Positions 15,724 through 23,192 are shown, numbered from the stretch's first letter. The stretch: DNA of 36,511 bases from a bacterium (GCA_030648495.1 JAUSHV010000004.1:1-36511); one strand, 5' to 3'. Notes: generated by a model from the sequence alone, not told the origin. Numbers and translations: made by a program.

Positions 15724-16023
15724 ATGGATAAAGAAGGGTTCGCAAAGAAGCTCGTTGATAAAGGGGTTTCAGATAGAATGGCTTTTAAGGCGCTTTTAGA
15801 GTATTTAAGAAAAGCTCCTGCAGAGGACGAAGAATTTTCTAAATTTGTGGCATCACAGCGCCCGGAGGTCTGGAAAAAATTTACTGAATACGTTACTGAT
15901 GGGCACGAATATTGCTGCGGTCCAAACACCATTCAGGACAACGACAGTCATTTAGTCAAAGCATATAAAAGTATGCGGGCTTTTTGCTCGAGAATTAAAT
16001 GGTTTTTAAAATATGGCGAGTAA
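15724..16023 (+). CDS. Cassette 2: hypothetical 99-aa soluble protein
   Basis: This uses the internal ATG preceded by aaaaggaagg. The upstream part of the track ORF overlaps the promoter module. The terminator aaaccgc-attta-gcgggttt with a T-tract lies at 16024-16056. Confidence 0.55.
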   Translation: MDKEGFAKKLVDKGVSDRMAFKALLEYLRKAPAEDEEFSKFVASQRPEVWKKFTEYVTDGHEYCCGPNTIQDNDSHLVKAYKSMRAFCSRIKWFLKYGE

Positions 16024-16042
16024 AAAAACCGCATTTAGCGGG

Positions 16043-16143
16043 TTTTTATTTTTTCTCCGTGCGTTTATTTATGTTCTCTAATTCGCGCGAATAGGAGAAT
16101 AGTAAATCGAGCTATAGACAAAAATAACAGGGTGTGCTAGGAA
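16043..16143 (+). repeat. Junction repeat R2: a degenerate efp tail (16046-16066), an imperfect palindrome (16075-16098), and the ATPase 3' end plus promoter (16105-16143)
   Basis: 16105-16140 is 36/36 identical to 15162-15197 (aatcgagctatagacaaaaataacagggtgtgctag). Confidence 0.85.
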
Positions 16144-16168
16144 TTTAGGAAGAGGAGGGTGAATAAAT

Positions 16169-16495
16169 ATGAAAAAATACACAGGTTTTTTATTGGGATT
16201 GCTCTTTTTTCTTATCGCATCACCGACGAAAGCGGAAGTAGTGGTTGATAATGGAAATTATGCATATATTCGCTTGCGTAAATCAAATTGCGATGGCAAT
16301 CTTGGGCTGACGTTGTCAGTAGAAATTGATGCTTGGGTTAAATCCAAGCAAGAGATTTTTAAACGAGAATCAAAAGAGACGCTTAGAACAAAGGTTCTTA
16401 AAATACAATCAACGGCGCCTCAACTTGAAATAGGATGTTTTGGTTCGTTTGTTTCCGCCGTGGTCGGCATACATATTTTTTATAGCAAAGACTAG
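16169..16495 (+). CDS. Cassette 3: hypothetical secreted 108-aa protein
   Basis: The RBS is gaggagggtg. The signal peptide is MKKYTGFLLGLLFFLIASPTKAEV. A hairpin with a T-tract lies at 16505-16537. Confidence 0.65.
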   Translation: MKKYTGFLLGLLFFLIASPTKAEVVVDNGNYAYIRLRKSNCDGNLGLTLSVEIDAWVKSKQEIFKRESKETLRTKVLKIQSTAPQLEIGCFGSFVSAVVGIHIFYSKD

Positions 16496-16522
16496 TTTTT
16501 TAGAGCCGTTACTTGTTAGCGG

Positions 16523-16622
16523 CTTTTATTTTTTTTCGGCGCGTTCCCTTTTCTCTAATTCGCGCGAATAGGCGAATAGTAAATCGAGCTATAGACAAGA
16601 ATAGTAGAGCGTGCTAGGAATG
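16523..16622 (+). repeat. Junction repeat R3: efp tail (16526-16546, same allele type as the real efp end), an imperfect palindrome (16552-16575), and a diverged ATPase 3' end plus promoter (16582-16620)
   Basis: ttattttttttcggcgcgttc is identical to 18026-18046. The diverged part reads aatcgagctatagacaagaatagtagagcgtgctag. Confidence 0.85.
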
Positions 16623-16642
16623 TATGCAGAAAGGAGATTTTC

Positions 16643-17074
16643 GTGAAAAAAATAAATAAAGGTTACGGTGCTTTAATCGTATTACTGGCTCTGTTTTTTG
16701 CATCTGCTGTTTATGCGCACCCATTGCATTGGCCGCGAGGAGTGCCAGCAGGGGCAGTAATTGTAGCCGGAGAAGTGGTTGAAAAACCTTTCGTTTGGCC
16801 GGAAACCGGTGTACAGGTTTTGAAAATCAAAAATTCGGCTGATTGTAGTTTCGTTGGGATGTATAGCGATACTGTATATAAAGTTAATAAAGGCGACTAT
16901 GTTGTAGTGTATGGAATAATCGGAGGTCCAGATGTTCAAATTTACAATTTAGTCAAAATTACTCGCAGCATAGAATTAGGTGAGAAAAATCTTACTGCCA
17001 ACAAGGAATTTGGAGAGTTTCATCTTTCTTTTGGTCAGTGTGGTAATAAAGTCCCGAGCGTTCCTGTAAAATAA
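16643..17074 (+). CDS. Cassette 4: hypothetical secreted 143-aa protein (GTG start)
   Basis: The RBS is aaaggaga. The signal peptide is MKKINKGYGALIVLLALFFASAVYAHP. A hairpin overlapping the stop codon is followed by a T-tract (17056-17092). Confidence 0.65.
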   Translation: MKKINKGYGALIVLLALFFASAVYAHPLHWPRGVPAGAVIVAGEVVEKPFVWPETGVQVLKIKNSADCSFVGMYSDTVYKVNKGDYVVVYGIIGGPDVQIYNLVKITRSIELGEKNLTANKEFGEFHLSFGQCGNKVPSVPVK

Positions 17075-17080
17075 GGAGCG

Positions 17081-17210
17081 CTTTTATTTTTTCTCGGCAC
17101 GTCCTAAAAATAACAAAATCAAATTAATTTGCTATAGCAGATTAATCGGTAATTGATATTTCGTATTGTAACCGTGCTCTAGATAAAAATGTGGTGGCAT
17201 GCTAGCCTTA
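17081..17210 (+). repeat. Junction repeat R4: efp tail (17084-17103), a diverged linker, and the promoter TAGATA-N17-TAGCCT (17180-17208)
   Basis: ttattttttctcggcacgtcc encodes (G)RAEKK* on the reverse strand. The linker has no palindrome copy. Confidence 0.7.
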
Positions 17211-17231
17211 TGTACAGAAAGGAGATATAAG

Positions 17232-17666
17232 GTGGCGAAAAAGATTACTGAAAGAACTAGTTTGAAAAAGGGAGATATCGTACGTTATCCATCGGGAGAC
17301 GAGTTTTTTGTGGGGATTGTTGTGCGGCGTGAAAAATTTTTAGGGAGAGACGGTTTTTATGCTTTTAGGCGCCACCCTGATGACGAAACAGATAAAGAGT
17401 TAAAGAAGGAAGGAGTTGATTTGTATCAGCGATTGCATATAAAAGATTTAGCTCGCATAACAGCAGAATTAATCGAGCCAGCTGAACTTATGCTTATGTA
17501 CCGAAATGCTCAGACAACGATAGCAAGTTTGAAGTACGAACTTGTTCCTTGTCAAAACGATACACTGGAAAATTGTCTCAAGAAACGGGGGCAATTGATC
17601 GAAAAGATAAAAAAATACGACGAAAAAATCGATGAAATAAGAGGCGATACTCTTGTAACGATCTAA
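17232..17666 (+). CDS. Cassette 5: hypothetical 144-aa soluble protein (GTG start)
   Basis: The RBS aaaggaga lies 6 nt before the GTG. The track ATG at 17199 lies inside the promoter. The terminator acccag-ctat-ctgggt with a T-tract is at 17687-17720. Confidence 0.6.
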   Translation: MAKKITERTSLKKGDIVRYPSGDEFFVGIVVRREKFLGRDGFYAFRRHPDDETDKELKKEGVDLYQRLHIKDLARITAELIEPAELMLMYRNAQTTIASLKYELVPCQNDTLENCLKKRGQLIEKIKKYDEKIDEIRGDTLVTI

Positions 17667-17703
17667 TAAAGAAATATAAAAATGAAAAACCCAGCTATCT
17701 GGG

Positions 17704-17755
17704 TTTTTTTATTTTTTCTCGGCACTGGACAAAAATTTTATGGTATGCTAGGAAT
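17704..17755 (+). repeat. Junction repeat R5: a short efp tail (17709-17725) fused directly to the promoter TGGACA-N17-TAGGAA (17726-17754)
   Basis: ttattttttctcggcac encodes AEKK* on the reverse strand. The sequence then continues tggacaaaaattttatggtatgctaggaa. Confidence 0.75.
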
Positions 17756-17782
17756 ATAGATAGAAAGGAGGATAGTAGCGTT

Positions 17783-17971
17783 ATGTTTATCGACGATTAT
17801 AGAGACGATGACGTTTCTCCTGAAGCTCTATTGGCGCGTAGAGGTGTACCATTGGAAAAGGACAAGATTACTGACCCTCAAGCCTTGCTAGTTCTGGCTT
17901 ATGGCGGCTCTCGAGATAAAGCTATCGCAATTCAAAATGCCAATCGGCTCCAATCGCTATTACGAACTTGA
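17783..17971 (+). CDS. Cassette 6: hypothetical 62-aa protein
   Basis: The RBS is aaaggagga. The terminator cctcgctg-tcaa-cggcgggg (18003-18022) uses the efp stop-codon region as its T-tract. Confidence 0.5.
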   Translation: MFIDDYRDDDVSPEALLARRGVPLEKDKITDPQALLVLAYGGSRDKAIAIQNANRLQSLLRT

Positions 17972-18025
17972 ACATCGACAAAATTTTAAGTGTTCCCTAT
18001 ACCCTCGCTGTCAACGGCGGGGCTT

Positions 18026-18601
18026 TTATTTTTTTTCGGCGCGTTCGACGTATTCACCAATTGAGGTGTTTACGCGGATGGTGTCGCCTTCGTTGATAAA
18101 CATCGGAACTTGCATGTTGAGACCATTTTCTAAAACTACCGTTTTTGAGCCGCCGGTGGCCGTGTCGCCCTTGTATGACGGTGGGGCTTCCACGACTTTG
18201 TAGTCAATTTTTACCGGAAGTTCGATATTGATTATTTTATCGTCAAATTTATATGCGACTACTTCGGTATTTGGAAGCAGGTAAGGGGCTTGGTCGGCGA
18301 TTTGTTCTTCTTTGAAAGAAAAACGATTTTTTAGATTGCCTTTTTCCGCAAACCAATACTCATCTTTATTTTCATATAAAAATACTATTGATTGTTTATC
18401 TATTTCCGCTTCTAGAAAAGCATCACTGCCTTGAAAAGCTTTTTGTACAATTTTGCCTGTAATAAGATTTTTCAGCTTGGTTTGCACCGTCGGTTTTCTT
18501 TGTTGCATGCGCAAAAAAGTATATTCCAAAACAATGTACGGTTCGCCGTCCATTACGAAAAGCACTCCTTTAGTTAAATCAGTATATGACAACATATGCA
18601 A
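18026..18601 (-). CDS. efp: Elongation factor P
   Basis: EF-P fold strings are present: DLTKGVLFVMDGEPYIVLEY..., KVVEAPPSYKGDTATGGSKTVVLENGLNMQVPMFINEGDTIRVNT. An alternative start lies at 18595. Confidence 0.9.
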   Translation of the reverse strand: MHMLSYTDLTKGVLFVMDGEPYIVLEYTFLRMQQRKPTVQTKLKNLITGKIVQKAFQGSDAFLEAEIDKQSIVFLYENKDEYWFAEKGNLKNRFSFKEEQIADQAPYLLPNTEVVAYKFDDKIINIELPVKIDYKVVEAPPSYKGDTATGGSKTVVLENGLNMQVPMFINEGDTIRVNTSIGEYVERAEKK

Positions 18602-18621
18602 AATAGTGTATATTATTTCTC

Positions 18622-20052
18622 ATGGAATGGCAAATTACAGTTGGGCTTGAGGTTCACGCGGAGCTTCGGACAAATACGAAGATGTTTTGCGGTTGCAAAA
18701 ATGACCCAGACGAAAAACATCCCAACATAAATATTTGTCCCGTTTGCATGGGACACCCCGGGACTTTGCCTGTCGCAAACGAGGCGGCGATAAAGCATGT
18801 GCAAAGAGTCGGGCTCGCTTTGGGCAGTGAATTACAAAAAACTTCGCATTTCGACCGCAAAAATTATTTTTATCCGGATATTCCAAAGGGATACCAGATC
18901 TCGCAATATAAAGACCCGCTTGTTTTGGGAGGGGCGTTGAAAGGCGTGAAAATTACACGAGTGCATTTGGAAGAGGATACCGCAAGGTCGCAGCATAATA
19001 CAAAAAATAAAGTGAGCTATGTTGATTTTAACAGGGCAGGCGTGCCATTGATGGAGCTTGTCACCGAACCGGATATTACGAGCGCAAAGCAAGCGCGGGA
19101 ATTCGCGGAGGAACTGCAATTGGTTTTTCAATATCTGGGCGCTTCTGAAGCAAATATGGAAAAAGGGGAGATGCGTTGCGAGGCAAACATTTCGGTTTAT
19201 CAAGATTCGGATCGTCTCTCAGGCACTAAAGTTGAAGTAAAAAATCTCAACTCGTTCCGTTCAGTTGAAAAAGCAATAGAATTTGAATTTGAAAGACAAG
19301 TAAAGTTATTGGAAGAAGGCGGCAAAGTGAAGCAAGAGACAAGGGGGTGGGATGAAAATAAGGAAGTAACTTTCTCGCAGCGCTCAAAGGAATCGGCGCA
19401 CGATTACCGCTATTTTCCGGAGCCGGATTTACCCCCGATGGAGTTTAGTGAAGAATATTTTGATGAGCTTCGTACAACGATTCCCGAATTGCCGGAAGCC
19501 AAAAGGAATCGTTTTATTGATGAGTATAAATTGGACGCTGTGGCAGCGGAAATTTTAATGAATGATAAAGATTTGTCGGCTTTTTGGGAGAAGATGGCTT
19601 CGGAGGTGAGGGAATGGGATTCGGATAAATATCCGGAGTCTATTAAATTGGCTTCGAATTATTTTACCTCCGATCTTTTGGGTTTGATGAAAGAAAAAGA
19701 AATCCCAGCTTCTGAATTATTAATTGACCCGGAAAATTTTGCGGAATTGATTAAAATGATTGTGAAAAAAGAAATTACCTCGCGCGTGGCCAAAGATGTT
19801 TTAAGGCATATGGTTGAAGAGGGAGGGGATCCGTCAAACTGGGTAGAAAAATTGGGCCTCGCACAAGTGAGCGATACGGGCGCGCTGGAGGCGATAGCTA
19901 AAAAAATAATTGGTGCAAATCCTAAGGCAATTGAGGATTATAAAAAAGGCAAAGCCAACGCTGTTCAATTTCTCGTCGGCCAAATGATGAAAGAAACCAG
20001 AGGCGCGGCAAATCCGGACACAATCAAAGAGATATTGACAAAGTTGATATAG
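18622..20052 (+). CDS. gatB: Asp-tRNA(Asn)/Glu-tRNA(Gln) amidotransferase subunit B
   Basis: VGLEVHAELRTNTKMFCGC...CPVCMGHPGTLP...NRAGVPLMELVTEPD; the C-terminal YqeY-like tail reads GKANAVQFLVGQMMKETRGAANP. Confidence 0.95.
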   Translation: MEWQITVGLEVHAELRTNTKMFCGCKNDPDEKHPNINICPVCMGHPGTLPVANEAAIKHVQRVGLALGSELQKTSHFDRKNYFYPDIPKGYQISQYKDPLVLGGALKGVKITRVHLEEDTARSQHNTKNKVSYVDFNRAGVPLMELVTEPDITSAKQAREFAEELQLVFQYLGASEANMEKGEMRCEANISVYQDSDRLSGTKVEVKNLNSFRSVEKAIEFEFERQVKLLEEGGKVKQETRGWDENKEVTFSQRSKESAHDYRYFPEPDLPPMEFSEEYFDELRTTIPELPEAKRNRFIDEYKLDAVAAEILMNDKDLSAFWEKMASEVREWDSDKYPESIKLASNYFTSDLLGLMKEKEIPASELLIDPENFAELIKMIVKKEITSRVAKDVLRHMVEEGGDPSNWVEKLGLAQVSDTGALEAIAKKIIGANPKAIEDYKKGKANAVQFLVGQMMKETRGAANPDTIKEILTKLI

Positions 20053-20084
20053 GTGATAAACTGCTCTTCAGAGGAGGATTTTTG

Positions 20085-20360
20085 ATGTTTAATTTCTTTT
20101 TGGGTTTGTATTTTGGCGGTCTTTTGACGCTCTTGGTTTATGACTATGAAACGGTGGGATTCTTTGTTTTTATTTCCTGGAGAGAAACGTTAGTGAGTCT
20201 TGTTTTAATACTCTTTTACCCAATAACGATCTTGGCATCTATTATCATAAATATTTATTCTCATAGGCAGTATAGAAAAAAAGTTGAGCGTATTCAAGCG
20301 GCTAGAGAACAAAATATGGAAGATCGTAAGACCATTTTTAACGAAGAAAAAGGCGATTAA
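20085..20360 (+). CDS. Hypothetical small membrane protein (91 aa)
   Basis: The RBS gaggagga precedes the ATG. There are three predicted TM helices. A hairpin aggcg-attaac-cgcct with a T-tract follows the stop. Confidence 0.6.
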   Translation: MFNFFLGLYFGGLLTLLVYDYETVGFFVFISWRETLVSLVLILFYPITILASIIINIYSHRQYRKKVERIQAAREQNMEDRKTIFNEEKGD

Positions 20361-20438
20361 CCGCCTTTTTTATTTTATTCCTCTGATATTGACAAAATTG
20401 CTAGATGCTATAAAATGCAATAAGAAAGAAGGTGTTTT

Positions 20439-20789
20439 ATGCGCGTGCCTGTACCTATTCTTGTTGACGATGTTCCTGAGAGCGTGATTGTCGGCGTTAT
20501 CTCATTTCTTGGCGGTTGGTATATGTTTGGCTTGTCTTTTGGCATCCCAGCTGGCATCGTGGCGTTTTACATTGCTTTATTTGGCAGCATGGGAGTGATT
20601 TTTTGCTCCATAGCAATGCTTGTTACCATCTTTTTGAATTTAGATTACCTGATTCCCGGTACGTTAGCCGGGTTTGCGCTAGGAATTTTATATTGCCTCT
20701 CGACAGCTTGTATGTTTTTTCATGCCAAACGCAAACAAAAAAGTGAAGATAGGCGTTATTATGGAGAAGACGACGAGGATGGTTGGTAA
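20439..20789 (+). CDS. Hypothetical membrane protein (116 aa) with an acidic C-terminal tail
   Basis: The RBS is gaaggtg. There are three to four TM helices. Confidence 0.6.
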   Translation: MRVPVPILVDDVPESVIVGVISFLGGWYMFGLSFGIPAGIVAFYIALFGSMGVIFCSIAMLVTIFLNLDYLIPGTLAGFALGILYCLSTACMFFHAKRKQKSEDRRYYGEDDEDGW

Positions 20790-20800
20790 AAGGAGAGGGT

Positions 20801-20914
20801 ATGGCGATAACCTTGAAAAGGAAAAAACCAAGAAAGTTTAAGAGATTGATTGAGGCGGCCGGAAGGTATAAAAAAATATTAGATCAGCAAAAAAAATTGA
20901 GCAAGAAAAAATAA
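20801..20914 (+). CDS. Possible 37-aa highly basic peptide (MAITLKRKKPRKFKRLIEAAGRYKKILDQQKKLSKKK)
   Basis: Translated by hand; below the ORF-track cutoff. aaaggagagggt lies directly before the ATG. Confidence is low. Confidence 0.25.
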   Translation: MAITLKRKKPRKFKRLIEAAGRYKKILDQQKKLSKKK

Positions 20915-20922
20915 GCATTATT

Positions 20923-21996
20923 TTATGAGGAGATCCAGCGGATCTCCTTGTTTTTTTTGAACCAGGTCATTTGCCGCTTGGCATAGTGCCAAGTCGCGAT
21001 TTCAAGTTCGCAGATAAATTCTTTTTTCGTAAGTTTTTTTTGTAGATAGAGCGAAGAGTAGCGGTATTCAAGGCCCAGCTCAAAAAGGCGTTTCCAGGAA
21101 ACTCCGTCTCGGTGAAGTTTTTTTACTTCGCGGATTATTCTCGGAAGTCTCGCAAGCAGTCTTTTGTGAATCCGTTTTTTTAATTCTTCGGGTGGGCGTT
21201 TGATTCCTAGCCAAATAATTTTCTTCGGAGAAACTAATGCACCCTCTTCACTCATTCTCGCTCCGCCAGCGCGGAGCTCCGAGGGTTCCGCTCGTTTTTG
21301 CCCCTTCGTCCGCCAGTCGGCGGACTCGTGGACCGTGCCAAAAACGGCGGAAAACCCGTTCAGAGGGTCATTGGTTTCTCCTTTGCCAAGCGAATCATCT
21401 TCTTGGAGAAAACCTTGCGCAGCGCGACGGCGCGAGCAGAGCAATTCGTCAGTAGACGAATATGCGTGTTTTCGTAAAGAAGCATGATTCGCTGTGGCTA
21501 TCTCAATCGCTCGGATTAGCCGCCGAGGATTTTTTTGTTCGACGGTTTTCGCGCGTTCCGGGTCAAGTTTCTTGAGTGTTGTGAGAAGTTTCGCGGTTGA
21601 GTAGTTTTCGAGTTTTCGGCGAAGCGCATGATTGGGCGGTACTCCGCCCAATTTTACGCGCCCGAGCGCCGCATCAATATAAAATCCAGTCCCACCAACA
21701 ATAATCGGCGTTTTGCCGCGCGATAATATGTCCGCGATTGCTTTTTCTGCACAATTTTTAAAATCGATGGCGGAGAAAGCTTTTTTTGGATTGGCAATGC
21801 TTAAGCAATGATGCGGAACTCCCCGCATTTCTTTTTTTGTGATTTTTCCGGAGCCGATGTCGAGCCTTTTATATACTTGCCGCGAATCAGCCGAAATAAT
21901 TTCGCCATTAACTTTTTTTGCTATCTTTACCCCAAAATCCGATTTTCCACTCGCATTCGGCCCGACTATTACAATTATTTTTGATTTTTTGCGCAT
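20923..21996 (-). CDS. miaA: tRNA dimethylallyltransferase, carrying a ~70-aa in-frame insertion
   Basis: The P-loop is IVGPNASGKS. Other strings are ISADSRQVYKRLDIGSGKITKKEMRGVPHH, NPRRLIRAIEIA and YAKRQMTWFKK. For the insertion see the findings. Confidence 0.9.
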   Translation of the reverse strand: MRKKSKIIVIVGPNASGKSDFGVKIAKKVNGEIISADSRQVYKRLDIGSGKITKKEMRGVPHHCLSIANPKKAFSAIDFKNCAEKAIADILSRGKTPIIVGGTGFYIDAALGRVKLGGVPPNHALRRKLENYSTAKLLTTLKKLDPERAKTVEQKNPRRLIRAIEIATANHASLRKHAYSSTDELLCSRRRAAQGFLQEDDSLGKGETNDPLNGFSAVFGTVHESADWRTKGQKRAEPSELRAGGARMSEEGALVSPKKIIWLGIKRPPEELKKRIHKRLLARLPRIIREVKKLHRDGVSWKRLFELGLEYRYSSLYLQKKLTKKEFICELEIATWHYAKRQMTWFKKNKEIRWISS

Positions 21997-23171
21997 TTAT
22001 CCAAAAATTCTTCAAGCCCCATTGCTCCAAGATCTCCTTTGCCTCTTTCGCGCACCGCGACTTTGCCGGCAGAAGCTTCTTTTTCACCGATAACCAAAAG
22101 GTAGGGGATTCGCTGAAGCTCTGCTTCTCTTATTTTTTTGCCGATACTTTCGTTTCTTGAATCCAATTCAATTCTAATATTTTTACTTTTGAGCTCTGCG
22201 GTTATTTTATTAGCATAGTCCAAAACTTTGTCATTTATTGTAAGTATCTGAACTTGCACTGGCGAAAGCCAAAAGGGAAGCGCGCCGTCAAAATGTTCGA
22301 GCAATATTCCGATGAATCTTTCAAATGTTCCGATAATCGCGCGGTGAATCATTATTGGCTGCTTTCTGTCTCCATTTTCATCTACGTAATATAAATCCAT
22401 GCGTTCGGGGGTTTGAAAATCTAATTGAATGGTTGCAATGGCAAATTCTCTATTTTGAGAATCTGTAGCCTTGATATCTATTTTTGGGCCATAAAACGCC
22501 CCTTCCTTTTCATCAATTTTATATTTTACTTTAGTTTTTTTTAGAACATTATCTAAAGCTTCTTCCGCCTTTTTCCATATTGCAGGGTCTCCCATTGCGT
22601 CATCAGGACGTGTCGCCAGATTAAACGAAAGCGGCATATTGATTAGCCCATAAAATTCTTTAATAAACTCCATCAATTTAGTAATTTCTTCTTCTATTTG
22701 ATCCGGTCGCACATAAATATGCGCATCGTCTTGTGCCATTTGGCGGACACGCAAAAGTCCTCCCAAGGTTCCAGAAAGTTCATTTCTATGAATACGGCCT
22801 GTGATCTCCGAAAGCCTGATCGGCAGATCGCGGTACGATCTTACGCGCGAGGAGTAAATCAATGTGCTCTCGGGGCAATTCATCGGTTTTAACGCATAGA
22901 TTTCTTTTTCAACTTCCAAGGTAAACATGTTTTTTTGGTAGTGTTCCCAATGACCAGATTTTTCAAAAAGAGATTTTTTTACCATTATTGGTGTGGAGAC
23001 TTCCTCATAGCCCTCTTTGTCGAGCTTGTCTCTTAAATATTTTTCCAGGACACGCCAAATAATCATGCCTTTGCCGTGCCAAAAAACGGTTCCGGGCGCT
23101 ACGTCGTGGAAAGAAAATAAATCCATTTCCTGGCCTAGTTCGCGATGGTCTCTATGTTTGTTTTCGGGCAT
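21975..23171 (-). CDS. thrS: Threonyl-tRNA synthetase, catalytic plus anticodon-binding domains only (398 aa)
   Basis: It starts at the class II core (RDHRELGQEMDLFSFHDVAPGTVFWHGKGMIIW..., HRNELSGTLGGLLRVR, GAFYGPKID). The C-terminal anticodon-binding domain is present (PVQVQILTI...). No TGS or editing domain is present. Confidence 0.85.
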   Translation of the reverse strand: MPENKHRDHRELGQEMDLFSFHDVAPGTVFWHGKGMIIWRVLEKYLRDKLDKEGYEEVSTPIMVKKSLFEKSGHWEHYQKNMFTLEVEKEIYALKPMNCPESTLIYSSRVRSYRDLPIRLSEITGRIHRNELSGTLGGLLRVRQMAQDDAHIYVRPDQIEEEITKLMEFIKEFYGLINMPLSFNLATRPDDAMGDPAIWKKAEEALDNVLKKTKVKYKIDEKEGAFYGPKIDIKATDSQNREFAIATIQLDFQTPERMDLYYVDENGDRKQPIMIHRAIIGTFERFIGILLEHFDGALPFWLSPVQVQILTINDKVLDYANKITAELKSKNIRIELDSRNESIGKKIREAELQRIPYLLVIGEKEASAGKVAVRERGKGDLGAMGLEEFLDKCAKNQK

Positions 23172-23192
23172 TTATTAATATTATCAGCTTTT

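Noticed and set aside
15576-17755. A CRISPR array, considered because of the regularly recurring ~50-110-nt repeats
   Set aside because: The repeat spacing is 450-620 bp. The intervening segments are complete promoter-RBS-ORF-terminator units. The repeats are copies of flanking gene ends, not short identical palindromic CRISPR repeats. There are no cas genes.
21220-21460. An intein in miaA
   Set aside because: At about 70 aa it is far too short. It lacks an N-terminal Cys/Ser nucleophile block, the C-terminal His-Asn plus Cys/Ser/Thr junction and an endonuclease domain.
21200-21487. Plus-strand ORFs 21200-21487 and 21237-21455, antisense to miaA
   Set aside because: They coincide with the GC-rich insertion in miaA and have no RBS or promoter. 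They are reported as a symptom of the insertion's composition rather than as genes.
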